Source: Octopus bimaculoides (lineage: Eukaryota). Taken from it: DNA of 64,000 bases. Where the stretch lies: positions 43,964,243-44,028,242 of the forward strand of contig NC_068995.1 in NCBI RefSeq assembly GCF_001194135.2. Reading direction: 5' to 3'. The translations under genes and the position numbers were made by a program. Shown one piece after another: positions 39,656 to 54,229 of this stretch (position 1 is the stretch's first letter; each line of letters begins with the position of its first letter). The notes under the pieces are model-generated. The model was given only the letters and a program-made list of their open reading frames with translations. It searched no databases and was not told where the DNA came from.

Positions 39656-39953
39656 CTAAGATAGATAGATAGATAGATAGATAGATACATACATACATAC
39701 ATACATACATACATAGGTAAAGTAGGTAGGTAGACAGACACACAGGCAGACAGGCAGACATGCAGACATGCAGACAGGCAGATAGATATCTTTTTATTAT
39801 AGCCACACAGGGCTAAATACAGAAAATGGACAAATTACAAAGTAGAGCTNNNNNNNNNNNNNNNNNNNNNNNNNNNNNNNNNNNNNNNNNNNAACGTGGG
39901 GGGGGCGATCAATAGGGATTGTGTATCACAGATAGGTAAGTAGGTAGGTGTAG

Positions 39954-40032
<79 letters not shown>

Positions 40033-41129
40033 GTCTGTATATAAATACGGTTTTCGTCATAACTGAAACGCACCAATATTTTAAAGAAACAGAAGTGACC
40101 AGAAAAGTAGTTGCGTACAGTTTCAAATTTGAATATCGCTGCACATCCTACTGCAATCAAATGTTCATTGGTGACGTTTACCTGTCTATTGAAATCACAA
40201 TAAATAATGCAAGGAAGATTCGAATAAATCGATCTATCCTCCATTCACGATTGAGATTAATGGTCAGATATTAAGACAAACTAAATAACCGGCACACAAC
40301 ACAAGGTTATTTGTAATGCGTATGCCGCCAGGAAATTATAATTACACATTCATTTTGACAATTAACTTTTAATCATTTGAAAGGTTTATCCAGTAATAAT
40401 AATGATAATAATGAAGACGACAAGGAGGAGGTGGAGGAGGAGGAGGAAGAGGTGGTAGAGGAGGAGGAGGAGGATAATGTTAATGATGATTTTTTTTTCA
40501 CTTCTAAATAATGATAATAATAACAATACTAATAATTATAGTACGTCATCAGAATCATTACCATGAAAGTAATTAGTTGTGTGTGGTTTGTGCTTTCTTC
40601 TATTTTCTAGTGCCTTGCATTGGAACAAAAATAGATTTCCAAAGAAGTAATCCAGTGCTACATATATATANNNNNNNNNNNNNNNNNNNNNNNNNNNNNN
40701 NNNNNNNNNNNNNNNNNNNNNNNNNNNNNNNNNNNNNNNNNNNNNNNNNNNNNNNNNNNNNNNNNNNNNNNNNNNNNNNNNNNNNNNNNNNNNNNNNNNN
40801 NNNNNNNNNNNNNNNNNNNNNNNNNNNNNNNNNNNNNNNNNNNNNNNNNNNNNNNNNNNNNNNNNNNNNNNNNNNNNNNNNNNNNNNNNNNNNNNNNNNN
40901 NNNNNNNNNNNNNNNNNNNNNNNNNNNNNNNNNNNNNNNNNNNNNNNNNNNNNNNNNNNNNNNNNNNNNNNNNNNNNNNNNNNNNNNNNNNNNNNNNNNN
41001 NTAAGAGAAATCATTTACAAAGAAAAGCGAAAAATAGTTGTCTAATGCTGATTGGTTGATGGAATGTTTTAGAATGTATTTTGTTGATGTATTGTTTCTC
41101 TTCTATCTCTTTCTTTCTCTCCCTCTCCC

Positions 41130-41176
<47 letters not shown>

Positions 41177-41363
41177 CTTATTTGATTTATGTCGGTTTCT
41201 TTAAATTTCCACATTAAATTTTAGTATGGTGATCATGTTTTAAGATAAAGAGGTGCATTGAAGAAAAATAAAGGTGGTTAGAACAGAAATATTTCATTTT
41301 GTTCTTAATAGAGCGACAGTTCTTTAAAGAATATGGCAACACAGAAATAGTCAGAATCATTAC

Positions 41364-41408
<45 letters not shown>

Positions 41409-41409
41409 T

Positions 41410-41451
<42 letters not shown>

Positions 41452-41991
41452 GTGATTGTCATCGTCATAGTTGTCATTCTCATCATCGTCGTCGTCGTCA
41501 CCATCGTCACCGCCGCCATCACCATCAGCAACAGCAGCACCACCACCATTACCACCACTGCCACCTCCATCTCCAGTAATATCGTCACCACTAACACCAC
41601 TACCACTACCGTCATAATCATGAGCAGGTGATATATAATATTGTTGAACGATTCAGAAATAGGCATACGATGTGTGAAACAAACAGGCGGGATTGTCATT
41701 GTTGGAACACTTTTGATGAATAGTTGTTAGCCCAACTTGGCTCAACCTTGGATTAAATAAAATCTTACGCTTAGCTGATTCAGAGTCACTTCTCAACACC
41801 TCCCTCAACACAAATTCTTTAATATTATTGTGATATAGAAGCCGTTGAATGTGTATAATTACAGCATACACAATGATAGTGAACAGAACAAATCGGATAG
41901 AAATCCCGTTTAAAAGACCTTTCAATCATGCTACTACATAAGGATCAATTTAATGGCTGCTTTCTGTCAATATTAGAAATAATTATTGTAA

Positions 41992-42750
41992 GGCAGCGAG
42001 CTGGCAGAATCGCTAATGCACGCCAGGCAAAAGCGCAGCTGCAATCCGTCCGTCTTCACGTTCTTAGTTCAAATTCCATTGAAGTTGACTTTGCCTCATC
42101 CTTTCAGAGTCGATAAAAAAAATACTAGTTGAGCACTGGTGTCGATGTAATCGGCTTACGCCCTACTCCATAATTGCTGGCTTTGTGCCAAAATTTGAGA
42201 GCAGCATTAGAAATGGCTTTTTATTGTTTATAAAAACCGACAATTGGTTGGCAGAATCAGTAAGGCGTTGGACAAAGTACCTTGCGGTATTATTTCACCT
42301 CTTTATGCCCAGGTCGACTTTACCGTTTGTCCTTTCAGAGCACGGGTATTGATGTAAACAGCTTACGCCCGAAACTGCTGGCTTCTTTCAGCTCCTTATG
42401 CCACTGAGATCGACTTCGCCTTACATCTCTCTGAAATGGATAAAATAAAATAGCAGCCAAGTCCTGGGTCCGATGGTATCCTCTATCCCCTCCCCTCAAA
42501 ATTGCTGTCTTACATCTAAATTAGAAACTGTTATTTATCGGACCGATGGACCATGGATTAGCAGAATTGTTAGAAATTCGGTCAACATTTATAGCGGTAT
42601 TATTCCTGCAATTTATATTCTGAGTTCAAACATCGCCGCAGCCGACTTTGCCTTACATCATACGATGTTGATAAAACAAAGTAGCAAACAAGCAATGGAA
42701 TTCATGGTATCGACTAAACTCTCCCAACAAAAATTCTAATTCTTGTCTAT
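41992..42750 (+). mobile_element. Head-to-tail array of about four degenerate SINE family E copies
   Basis: Recurrent GCAGAAT..TTAG / GTCGACTTTGCC / GATGTAA motifs in units at ~41992, 42249, 42385 and 42560. Confidence 0.75.
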
Positions 42751-43306
42751 GGAGGAAATCATCAAGTTATGTTTATGCATGTTCTAGGTTATGTTTATGC
42801 ATTTTCTAGGTTCAAACCCTACCAGATTCCATTCAACCAAATGACCCCAATTTAATATCCTTATTCAATACCCCATTCAGCCCTCCACTCACTCACATTA
42901 AATAGGAACTAAGTTTACTTCAAGTTATTCCCTAGTATTTTGAATAATGAATCGTACTTTAGGTAAAGTAGTCGCTGATATACAATCGATAAGATGGTAT
43001 GGGTGGAGCCTATTTCATCTTTGATTATAGATCAGTTTGATCATAGGCGTCTGGTTAAAATGTTCGTTACGTAAGTGGTTTCGTATTTAGTCATAACACC
43101 TTGGACAGGTACCGTCCGTCAAGGCTCTAAACCAACGAAATCCTTGGAGTAAAACTGTGTAAATAAAACGGTGTGGAGGCCCCCAACTGATGAGCAGGGT
43201 AAGATAGTTCCTGTTACTAGGTCCCTGAGTTACTCTGTCGCCTGACTTTAAGGCCAATACAACTTCATCGTCCTTAGATGAATTTGATGCGGACCGCAGT
43301 GTCATC

Positions 43307-43485
43307 AGGCGGTGAACTGACAAATTCTTTAGAGTGTTCGATATGCTACTTCTTGGTATTCGTTCCTATTCTCCATACTCTGACTTCAAATGCCGCAGAG
43401 GCCAATTTTGCCCTTTATCCTATCGAGGTCGATAGGATAAGTAGCAAACTGTGGCGATGGATCATCGGTAAAACTGACAGCCTTT
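43307..43485 (+). mobile_element. SINE family E, degenerate
   Basis: AGGCGGTGAACTGACAAATTC...CTCTGACTTCAAATGCCGCAGAGGCCAATTTTGCC...GAGGTCGATA. Confidence 0.7.
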
Positions 43486-43785
43486 CTCTTGGATAGGCAT
43501 CGGTGGCTTGCATGCATGTGGCATTCTTCCTCGGGAAATATTGCCAAGCCTTCCGCACACATCTCAGACGTGTGGTTTATATTGAGCAACGGTGGCCCAG
43601 CTCTGTTGCAATTATTCATACCAGTTCTCTTTCTTAGAATAACTCTCTCCTTTCCTCCCACCAACGTGACCCTCAAAACGGTAATAGGTGCTACCTTTCA
43701 TTATCTGATTAAAACCACAAACCAACAGCCACAGTCAAACTGTAATTATCTCCTTTCTCTTATAAACTTTAATTTCCTTATTTAT

Positions 43786-43867
<82 letters not shown>

Positions 43868-44774
43868 TCTGTACATGTATATCATAACCAATGGAGAGGC
43901 TTTAACGTTGTTAAGAATTTAAATATTAGTAGTACCACAGAAAATCGCTAACATCTATAAATTATTAATTGTAGTGAATGCGAAATGACAACAGCGATGT
44001 GGGATAAATTGAACAAACAAAAGAACGAGAATATTGATTGGATGAAGTTAGAAACCATTTGTAAGAAATACGGCGAAGAAAGATGGCTACATAAATTGGA
44101 CACACTCTCATAAGAGATCTGTACCATAAATGAGATGGATTGCAAATATTAGATAAAATTCTCAGATTTCCCAAGATTAGTTAACGGATAACGCTACAAG
44201 CCGAAACTGTTGTAATCAGTTGAAATATCTTTGATAAATTAAGTTCTTTCATATTCATTACTAAATCAATCATAACTCCCCCAACACGCCATCATTAAAA
44301 ATTAAGCTAAATATGGGATATTTATATATATACCATAATAAGAATATCTGCCAATATTGTTAACCTTGGAGCTTCCATTAGCGTTATTGTTATTCTTGAA
44401 CTGATATGATGTTTATTCCAACATCATTAAAGAGAAACAAAATTTAGAAGTATTTACACATGTCGGCAACAGAAATATGCCAGTATAAATATGTATGCTA
44501 TGGACGTGTGTGTGCTTGTGTGTATACAGAAATGTATATACATATNNNNNNNNNNNNNNNNNNNNNNNNNNNNNNNNNNNNNNNNNNNNNNNNNNNNNNN
44601 NNNNNNNNNNNNNNNNNNNNNNNNNNNNNNNNNNNNNNNNNNNNNNNNNNNNNNNNNNNNNNNNNNNNNNNNNNNNNNNNNNNNNNNNNNNNNNNNNNNN
44701 NNNNNNNNNNNNNNNNNNNNNNNNNNNNNNNNNNNNNNNNNNNNNNNNNNNNNNNNNNNNNNNNNNNNNNNNNN

Positions 44775-44811
<37 letters not shown>

Positions 44812-45209
44812 TACACAGATAATCTTTGTATGGGTGTACTCGAGATCGATTCCTTCAGTCTGATGTTTCTCACAAACACAGTAGTCATAGCTGCAAGTAA
44901 TATTTAGTTAGCTGCTATGCACAGTGGTTGAATGTCTCATTAATCTATGCCTTCCAAAATTCATGAGTGTTTATTACCACATAGGAATATGCAAGCACAC
45001 ACACACGCGCGGACAGGAACACAGATATCCATATCTGGATTTCAGCTGCATGAAAACTCTGTACAATACTTCTCTCTGTTGGATTATTGTGTGATTACTG
45101 TTAACCGAGTCTTCTGAATCTTATACTATAAATTTATATATATGTACACAAATGTATTCGTATATATGCGATATATTAAAATACGAATATGAGCACAGTT
45201 TCACACAAA

Positions 45210-45302
<93 letters not shown>

Positions 45303-46358
45303 AATGATATCAAACCAAATAATGATATTTTGAAATCATGTAATACGCACCCTTCAGTTTCGCGTAATGTATAATAGAAAATGCATGCATTAAATAAACC
45401 TTCTTCAGTTACAGCATTCTAGAAATATGAAGGAATTGACGGCAAATTTTCACTTACACGAATGGTTAAATGATTTTAAAATATCACTATATCACTATGT
45501 AGTAAGTAAGGAACATTCAAGTATATTCCATATATTGTCAGCTGCTTCGTAATCCGTTTCCAGCTTCACCATCGATGCTAAAACGTGAGTCTTATACTTA
45601 AGTATACATGTTTATATTTGTGCAGCATTTTAATGGAAATAATGGAATTTTAATGGAGATAAGACTCCAGAATATAGTACAACCGTTTTTCGCTCGTATA
45701 TGAGCTAAAGATTAATAAAATTTGGTATAAGATAAAAATTTCAGATATTAGTCTTAAACATTCAGACAAGCAAATTCATATTTCACATGTATGACATGAG
45801 ATATTATTCGATTTAAATAACAACATATTTATACTAAGACATAGATGATAAAAATATAGAAATATAAGAATATAAACATAAAAACTATAAGGAGTACCAT
45901 GAAAGTAAGAAATACAGTTAGAATAGATTAAAGGAGGCGATTGAAAGGATCAGTCCAAAACTACGGCCGTTTCAGAAAAGTTTGAAGGGGCTGTAGGAAA
46001 TAATCCAAATTCAACTCCCTGTATAAAGTCATTTCCTTCCTCATGGTTCCTTTCTCGTGNNNNNNNNNNNNNNNNNNNNNNNNNNNNNNNNNNNNNNNNN
46101 NNNNNNNNNNNNNNNNNNNNNNNNNNNNNNNNNNNNNNNNNNNNNNNNNNNNNNNNNNNNNNNNNNNNNNNNNNNNNNNNNNNNNNNNNNNNNNNNNNNN
46201 NNNNNNNNNNNNNNNNNNNNNNNNNNNNNNNNNNNNNNNNNNNNNNNNNNNNNNNNNNNNNNNNNNNNNNNNNNNNNNNNNNNNNNNNNNNNNNNAATAT
46301 ATAGATAAATAGATAGCTATAAGTGTAGATATATATTGTGTTATTAGTATTGTTGTTG

Positions 46359-46359
<1 letters not shown>

Positions 46360-46432
<73 letters not shown>

Positions 46433-46700
46433 GTATGAGAGAGCAGTGCATGCCATCAAAGTGACACTGGGTTAAAATATACGAAGCCCAGTATACCCAT
46501 CATGACTACCCGTCTGATGAGAGTACACCTGGTACATGCATCACAACCATATGTGCGCGACATGTTGATCTCGTATCAAGATAATCAGCACATGACCTTG
46601 CAGGTGGTGCCCTGTTAGAATTCTTTCCAAGTCGAATAGCCCATCTCACTCAAAAGGCCCCTGAATAAGGGTTGCTTAAGGATGTTGAACGAAAGACGTA
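46360..46700 (-). mobile_element. Probable 3' end of a Dong/R4-type LINE with (AAT)n tail
   Basis: Minus strand ends ...GATGGCATGCACTGCTCTCTCATAC(AAT)n. R4/Dong elements are known to end in and target TAA repeats. No coding remnant seen. Confidence 0.45.
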
Positions 46701-46832
46701 TCCAAATCTGTGGTTTGAGCAGAATATTTGCTGTAGCCCTTCTTTTATACCAAGACAAAACGTGTAATCGACTAGCCCCCTCTCCCAAAATTTCAAGGCT
46801 TTGTGCCCTCCGCGGAAAGGATTATTATTATT

Positions 46833-46863
<31 letters not shown>

Positions 46864-47995
46864 CTATTACGCCTTCTCTTCTGGCTAAGAGATAAGGAAG
46901 AACTATAATGCAGACAGCCAGGAATTAATAATCATTCCTTAGTTGATTTATAGTCTCTTAGTTTAACATTGCCATGACAAGTGAAATACTACATTCTTCA
47001 TTCTTTCCCGATGCCACCTGGGAACGATTCTGAAGATGAATGGCAAACAATGTAAAATGACGTTTGAGTGTACACTCATCAAAAATCCAAATAAAGTTTC
47101 GTAGATCAAATGAATTTATTGAATAACAGCAGGTGATTGGAACTAGTTTAGGAATATTATCGAATAAACATTACAAGAGAAGACATGAAATAGAAATAGA
47201 AATAAAAAGAAGAGAAGTTTTATAGAAAATCGTTTCTATACTAATGAAGAAACAATTCTTAAGTGAAGCAGATCAAAAGCCAACGTCTACCGGAATTATA
47301 TGTTGTAAAGCAATTGAAAACTCGAGGATATTACGATTAGCAGTAACACAACGTTCAGGAAATCCTGAAAGGAGTAAGATACAAAGAAATACAGTGTGTG
47401 GTGAATTAATTCCCACCGAGTTTGCAAATAGTAGGAAGAATGTATGAAAATATGTCGATTCTTCAACTGGTTAAAAAATGTTATGTGCAGTAGATGCAAT
47501 ATGTAAATAACGGAAATAAAACATTGAATTGATAGAAATAAATGAATAATTAATTCAGAAAATGTACTTGAAATACGTTTAGAGAAGTGAATGAGGAAGT
47601 AAGAAGGGGTGCTTAACAAAGAGCTTATATTGAAGATGATATATTTAAAGAAAACAAACCTCTTTTAGAAAGAATCTCTAGAAATTGTACCAAAAGTGCA
47701 ATAATACAAAGCGCTATACGTCAAAGAATTTTCAGGAAATAGATGCATAGATTTTAATTTTAGATGAGGGGTAAGACTTCCGGTTGAAGACAATAGTGAG
47801 AAAGAAAATCTTTGTTAATGTGTAAATTTATTTCCAATTAAATTGAAGATTTTATTGAAAATTTATAGAAATACATTAGCTATAATTCCTGTTCTTCATT
47901 ACTGCCTAAAGAAGACGAAATGATGAGGAGAAGCCTCTACGTAGTGACTTAACCTGCTTGAAATAGCAGTCAAATATCCTTTGAATCTCAGCCGC

Positions 47996-48072
<77 letters not shown>

Positions 48073-48639
48073 ATAATAGTCATATTGTATAATCATTGTA
48101 TTATGTTAGACAGGGTAATTGAGGACAAACTACAGGCTGCAGCACGGAAGATCCCCTTCCCATATCTTATGGCCTTTCGTATGGTGCTTGTGAAGTTGGC
48201 CAGGCCGTAATGGTACCTTCATATAAAGTTTTATAGAAATGCTTTATTGCTTTTTTTTCAAGTTATGTATAAATTTATAAAACGAGTAAAATATCAAAAT
48301 GGTTCTCGAAACATAGAACATTAGATTAGAGATTATCTTCGGTGAACTAATATAAACTTGATGGATAATCTGAACAATAAACACATCTGAAAATACCAAA
48401 ATAGAACCATCGCTTGCAAACAGTTAATACCTTATTTACACAATGCTCTCACCAATTATTTTAGGTGCCTTTGTAATCGCGAGCAGATATAGAAACTCAC
48501 TCGCCCTTGGTTTCTGCAACAAACTTTCTATATGCTTTCAGTGCGAATGTTTTGTTTTTTTTTTATACAGTATCGAGTTTACAATCCTGTACAGAATATT
48601 AATGGTATCGTTATATAAGCTTATATATATATCACTTGG

Positions 48640-48810
48640 ATCTGCCACGTTGTCAGGTGCCGAGTTGGCTCCGCTGGCCTCAATATTTGCCCCATTCCAC
48701 TCGTACTCTCGCCATTCTCCCCCACGTCGTTCCAAATATCCTTCTTAAATCATCTTCCCACGTGATTGGAGGTCTTCCGAGTGGTTTCTTCTCAACTTGG
48801 AATAATTTTG
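48640..48810 (-). mobile_element. RTE-type LINE 3'-terminal ORF remnant
   Basis: EKKPLGRPPITWEDDLRRIFGTTWGRMARVRVEW fits the GRP..RW.DD....G..W.R.A..R..W end of RTE ORF2. Confidence 0.75.
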
Positions 48811-48842
48811 TGACGACTATATTTCTACCTATATAGATAGAT

Positions 48843-48920
<78 letters not shown>

Positions 48921-48929
48921 TAGATAGAC

Positions 48930-48990
<61 letters not shown>

Positions 48991-50695
48991 TATAGATAGA
49001 TAGATAGAAATTATTCCAAGTTGAGAAAGAAATTACAGTAGAAAATATTGGAATATAACATGACAAAATGTCTGATTTGATGGATGAAGGTGTTTTGTTA
49101 TAGAATACAAATTAACTTTGCATTCCAGGTTGAAACAGGTTTTCTGTACTAAGAATATTAAAACCAATATTTTTTCTTTATACTTATAATACCCCCCGCT
49201 GTAGCTTTTGCGACTGGGTATGGTAAAGTATTAAATTTTCCTTACATGAATTAACATAATGATAAATGCCTGAGAATTACCTACAAATATGAAGAATGAC
49301 AGGAAAAATGTTAACGAGGAAATGTGAATGAAAATGAATGTTAGCACATCATATTTAGAAAGTTGAAAAGAGGTTATTATAAAGGGAAGACTAACTGCGT
49401 ATTAGTATAATACCAATTATATCACCATCTTCTGTTCTTTTTCACTCATCTCTGTATTTAGAGGTCTTTACTAGATACTGAATGTCTGAGAAACATCAAA
49501 TTTAATCTCTAGATCTCTATTTAAAACATGAAAACAATGGCTCTTTTTTCACTTATGCAATACAAATCGATTATGGATTAGGTACACAGGTGAAATAGAG
49601 CTTTTTATACCATCAAATAATCATTGCATTAAATAAAGTGTTTGGTACATAACATGTGGTTCTATTTAGTTAGTTATGGTCTATGATCATGCTGACTTAA
49701 ACCAACCTGTTTGACGAGCTACTGAAACAACCTCCATGTTTGACTTGTGAGATGTAGCAGCTAACTCTTCCCAAATCACATATTGATGCCTTAATAGACC
49801 AGATAAAAGATGAACCGTTCTCTTTTTTATACGCAGAGACATTGTGTAGTTATTTATTTAGATTTATCGAGTGAATCCATACAATCTTAGCGAAAACTTG
49901 TCCTACTACAAACGTATTAAACACGGCATACCTACTTAGCATACGAATAAATGATCAATTGAAACGCTGATTTGCCAATTTGTAAAACTTTTGTTAAAGG
50001 GTGATATCGTAGTGTTTACTGTAAAGTGAAGGGAATACAAAAGCGTTTACAAAACTTTGAATAAATAACTTGTACTAGTGAAACTGAGAGTTATTAAAAT
50101 GTCAAAAAACTGAGATTTCGAATTTATTCGTCAGAGATAAATGAATGCATGTAAAACAAATCTCAGGCATATCACACCTCAAAATATCAACAATATTACA
50201 TTGGGAAAATAATATTATGTATTTTCCATTCAGCAGGCTTAGTAAATAATGATTGTGTGATTTCAAGAAATTTCTCGTTTGAAAAAATAAATAATTGGTG
50301 GATAGGGAACATTGTAATAAAACATGTTATCAAACATAAGTATATATTCAACATCGAGGGAATACGCGAGATTTAACTACACAAAATATATTTTAAGATT
50401 TTAAAACACCAGAGATGAAATAGAAAGTAGCATTAAAAGAACGTCACAAGATTGACGTTCTTTATGGTAATAGAATAAATTAAAAGTGAAGCCATAAAGA
50501 AAAAAAACTTGTTAGTTGTCATTGAAGTGAGAGAAAATACAAGATAAGCCGGTGTCTCTGGAAAATAACAAAAAACCATTTCATTTAAAGCTTCGAATTG
50601 ACACACACAGAGGCCGACGTAGGCTTTCGCAGAATATATGATGGAACGGTAATGATTACAACATACTAAGCTTGTGTGGAGTATAATATATATAT

Positions 50696-50926
50696 TCTTT
50701 TATACTTATATTCTTTTATACTTATATTCTTTTATACTTATATTCTTTTACTTGTTTCAGTTATTTGACTGCAGCCACGCTGGAGCACCGTCTTTAGTCG
50801 AACAAATCGACTTATTCGTTGTAAGCCTAGTACTTATTCTATCACTCGCTTTTGCCGAACCGCTATGTTACGGGACCTAAACATACCAACATCAGTTGTC
50901 AAGCGATGGCGGGGGGACAGACACTG

Positions 50927-50977
<51 letters not shown>

Positions 50978-51063
50978 CATATATACGAAGGCTTCTTTCA
51001 GTTTCCATCTACCTAATCCACTCACAAGGCTTTTGTAGGCCCGAGACTATAGTAGAAGACACT
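50696..51063 (-). mobile_element. Composite SINE (family A core + (TG)/(TA)n + family B tail), 5'-truncated
   Basis: Same layout as 2426-2875; the tail is expanded as a ~16-bp unit TATAAGTATAAAAGAA. Confidence 0.9.
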
Positions 51064-51067
51064 AGCC

Positions 51068-51407
51068 TGTGAAGGCGCATGGCTCAGTGGTTAGAGCATC
51101 GAGCTTATGATCTCGCGGTTGTGAGTTCGATTCCCGGACCGGATTGTGTGTTGTGTTCTTGAGCAAGACACTTTATTTCACATTGCTCCAGTTCACTCAG
51201 CTGTAGAAATGTGTTGCGACGTCACAGGTGCCAAGCTGTATCGTCCTTTCACCTTTCCATTGGATAACACTGGTAGCGTGGAGAGGGGAGGCCGGTATGC
51301 ATGGGCGACTGCTGGTCATCCATAAACAACCCTTCCCGGACTTGTGCCTCGGAGGGTAACTTTGTAGGTACAATTCTATGGTCATTCGTGACCGAAGGGG
51401 GTCTCAG
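51068..51407 (+). mobile_element. Full-length SINE family D
   Basis: A-box TGGCTCAGTGG, B-box GTTCGATTCC, CORE-like TTCTTGAGCAAGACACTT, end GACCGAAGGGGGTCTC; second copy at 57382-57605. Confidence 0.9.
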
Positions 51408-51417
51408 CATAAACTCA

Positions 51418-51600
51418 ACTATATATATAGTTGAAATTTATAGAAAGGCAAAAGACGAAGAAACAACAATCAAGTGTACTAGTTTGACGCTCAGGAAAAT
51501 GAAAAAGTCTTTTACGTTTCGAGCCTACGCTCTTGAACAGAAAGGAATAAAAGAAAATAAACAGAGAGAGAATGAAAAAAGACTTGTAGATTTCAGCGGC
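51418..51600 (-). mobile_element. Penelope-like terminal-repeat fragment (family P1) with hammerhead-like motif at 51509-51545
   Basis: Minus strand CCTTT CTGTTCA A GAGC GTAG GCTC GAAA C GTA AAAG; flanks homologous to 19686-19880. Confidence 0.6.
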
Positions 51601-51802
51601 CCAGCATTGCAGAATTAATATAAACAGCACTTTGCAATGTTTTACCAAAAAGGAGAGTTACAAATGTCGCCAAATGTGACTAGGCTGTTAGGAGACACCT
51701 ACATTGCTAGAAATAAGAGCTAAACCGCACTAAGGCTGTAGTCAACGCACAATAATGTGCGTTAGCTACAGTAGTAGAAGGGTTTAGGTCTTATTTCTAT
51801 CA

Positions 51803-51838
<36 letters not shown>

Positions 51839-52938
51839 ATTATGTGTGTCTATGTGTGTATGTCCGTGTGTGTGTGCTTATTTATTGATAGACTCTTCCA
51901 TGGCTTTATATTACACCTGAAAGAAATAGTGCTCCAACGCTGCTACGATAAAACATTTCCACACCAACGGCATGGTGTGATATACAGATATACAGACACA
52001 AATAACTGAATGCCAACAACATATTTTTTATTACATTGAACGCAGAGGAATATTAACTTCACAAGAGCAGCAATCGAAGCTGTTTGTGATTGCTCCGTGG
52101 AATACAAATTTGTGTTCTAAACTATTTTCATCTGTAAGAGAAATAAATACAGTAAAAACAAAACCCAGATGAATTTCTTTATTGTAGGAAATAAAATAAT
52201 AAAATGTGTGTTTGCATGGTTATGTCACGATTGAAACGTCACAAGCACGCGCAAACACTCTCGCTCAGACACACAAGCATACACACACAAACATACATAC
52301 ACACAGACATACACAAACAGACAAACACACACACATGCATGTGTCCTTGTATTTGCTGATGTGTGTGTGTCTGCTTATGCTTGTGTATGTGTACTTTTAG
52401 AAAAGTAATGAAATAAGAGTACTACAAGCATATTTTATATGTGAGTAATGTTTGTACAGAAACTAACACAGAAACGAACAGACACACACACACACGCATT
52501 CACACACACACACATTCACACACACACACATTCACACACACACACAACACATGCATTCACACACACGCATATACAGAGACCTGCACTTATATCTATATAT
52601 ATGTGTGTGTTTGTGTGTGTGTGTGAGAGAGAGAGAGAGAGCGTGCGTGCGGGTGTATCAATATCTATACTGATCGATATACTCAATCAGTGTGAATTCA
52701 ATATTTCAATACTACACTTGTATATTTGTGTGTGCGTGTATGTGTTCATATATATATGTATATATATATATATNNNNNNNNNNNNNNNNNNNNNNNNNNN
52801 NNNNNNNNNNNNNNNNNNNNNNNNNNNNNNNNNNNNNNNNNNNNNNNNNNNNNNNNNNNNNNNNNNNNNNNNNNNNNNNNNNNNNNNNNNNNNNNNNNNN
52901 NNNNNNNNNNNNNNNNNNNNNNNNNNNNNNNNNNNNNN

Positions 52939-52969
<31 letters not shown>

Positions 52970-53007
52970 GAATGTATAGGCATTATGTATTCATTATATG
53001 TGTTGTT

Positions 53008-53042
<35 letters not shown>

Positions 53043-53776
53043 AAGAATTTATGTGTATATAAATGTATATATGTATGAGTTAATATGGGTATGTATGTAT
53101 GTATGTATGTATGTGTGTGTGTGCATCTATCTATCTATATACGTATGTATGTATGTATGTGTGTGTGTGCATCTATCTATCTATATACGTATGTATGCCC
53201 CTATGTAGTCTGAGGTGAATCAAGTGGTATGAAGCTTTACTGCCAAAGTGCATCTATTAAAATCAAAATACATGTATTATATATTATATATATATATATA
53301 TGTGTGCGTGTGTGCGCGTATGTATGCGTGTGTGCCTGTAGAGAGTGAGTATTTGCAGGTACTATATATTTATATAATCCATCATATACATATAATTTTG
53401 ACTGTAATAATTTATCTACGGCAATAACAATACTTCAGACGTCGCGATTCTCCTCAAGGTCTCTGACAAAAATAAAATCTGTATCGTGAATATGTAATTT
53501 TTGGAGTGGAAAAAATGCCAAAAATATGAAATAAAAGCAATAACACGAAAATGCTTTAGTTGTGCACCAAAGACATCCTACTTTGGCACTCACTTAAAAA
53601 GCAGCGGATTCGAAAATTCGTGGCCTCTATACAACAGTTTTCTGAGATATTTCGTTTCATGTCCTCTGACGTAAATTGGTTATTTGCCAATACACCCACA
53701 CATACACGCACACACACAGACACACACACACACACATACATACACACCACTCACACATGCACACACACGCTTTTAG

Positions 53777-53808
<32 letters not shown>

Positions 53809-53829
53809 GTGTGTATGTATGTGTGTATA

Positions 53830-54040
53830 AATCAGGCTCCTTCACTTGCACTTCTACCAATATCATCTATTGCATCTCTCCAACCCTACACATTCCTACC
53901 CCACCTTTCCCATCCTTCCCATCCCATCCCTTACACCCTCTCCCACACACCCCACCTCTACCCCTTTCTTAGCTCTCCTGTGTGACCCTTCTGTCCGGCA
54001 TTCACCATGATAGATCGCTAACCACTACACACATTTTTTT
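53830..54040 (+). mobile_element. Penelope-like GIY-YIG fragment
   Basis: SGSFTCTSTNIIYCIS matches the PLE endonuclease start motif FTCTS.NVIYCI.C. Downstream CGCTAACCACTACAC resembles the P1 repeat start at 19686. Confidence 0.55.
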
Positions 54041-54229
54041 TTACTCTTCCGCTTATAAATTGTATTTGTAATGTGTGAATTAGCAGGTTAAATTCTTTTT
54101 CTGTAAACTCCATCTCATCCAGATTGTCACTTAGGCATTAACTGACACAATCAAGTGCACCAGTAATTTATTGGAATAAATGTGAATTCTTAATCTGGGT
54201 ATAGAAGCTGGAGTTCTTGAAGCCGTTGT

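Noticed and set aside
43180-43225. CTGATGAG-CAGG...CCTG hammerhead-like start
   Set aside because: No GAAA follows stem II, and the upstream CGAAA cannot form stem II in a type II arrangement.
43986-44114. 42-codon ORF MTTAMWDKLNKQKNENIDWMKLETICKKYGEERWLHKLDTLS
   Set aside because: Protein-like but short, without splice support or a family I recognise.
46510-46545. CTGATGAGAGTAC...GTAC
   Set aside because: No GAAA box or stem III; lies in the probable Dong 3' UTR, antisense to it.
36789-51160. tRNA-like A/B boxes at 36801 and 51080 as tRNA genes
   Set aside because: They are SINE heads followed by SINE body and tail, with no complete cloverleaf.
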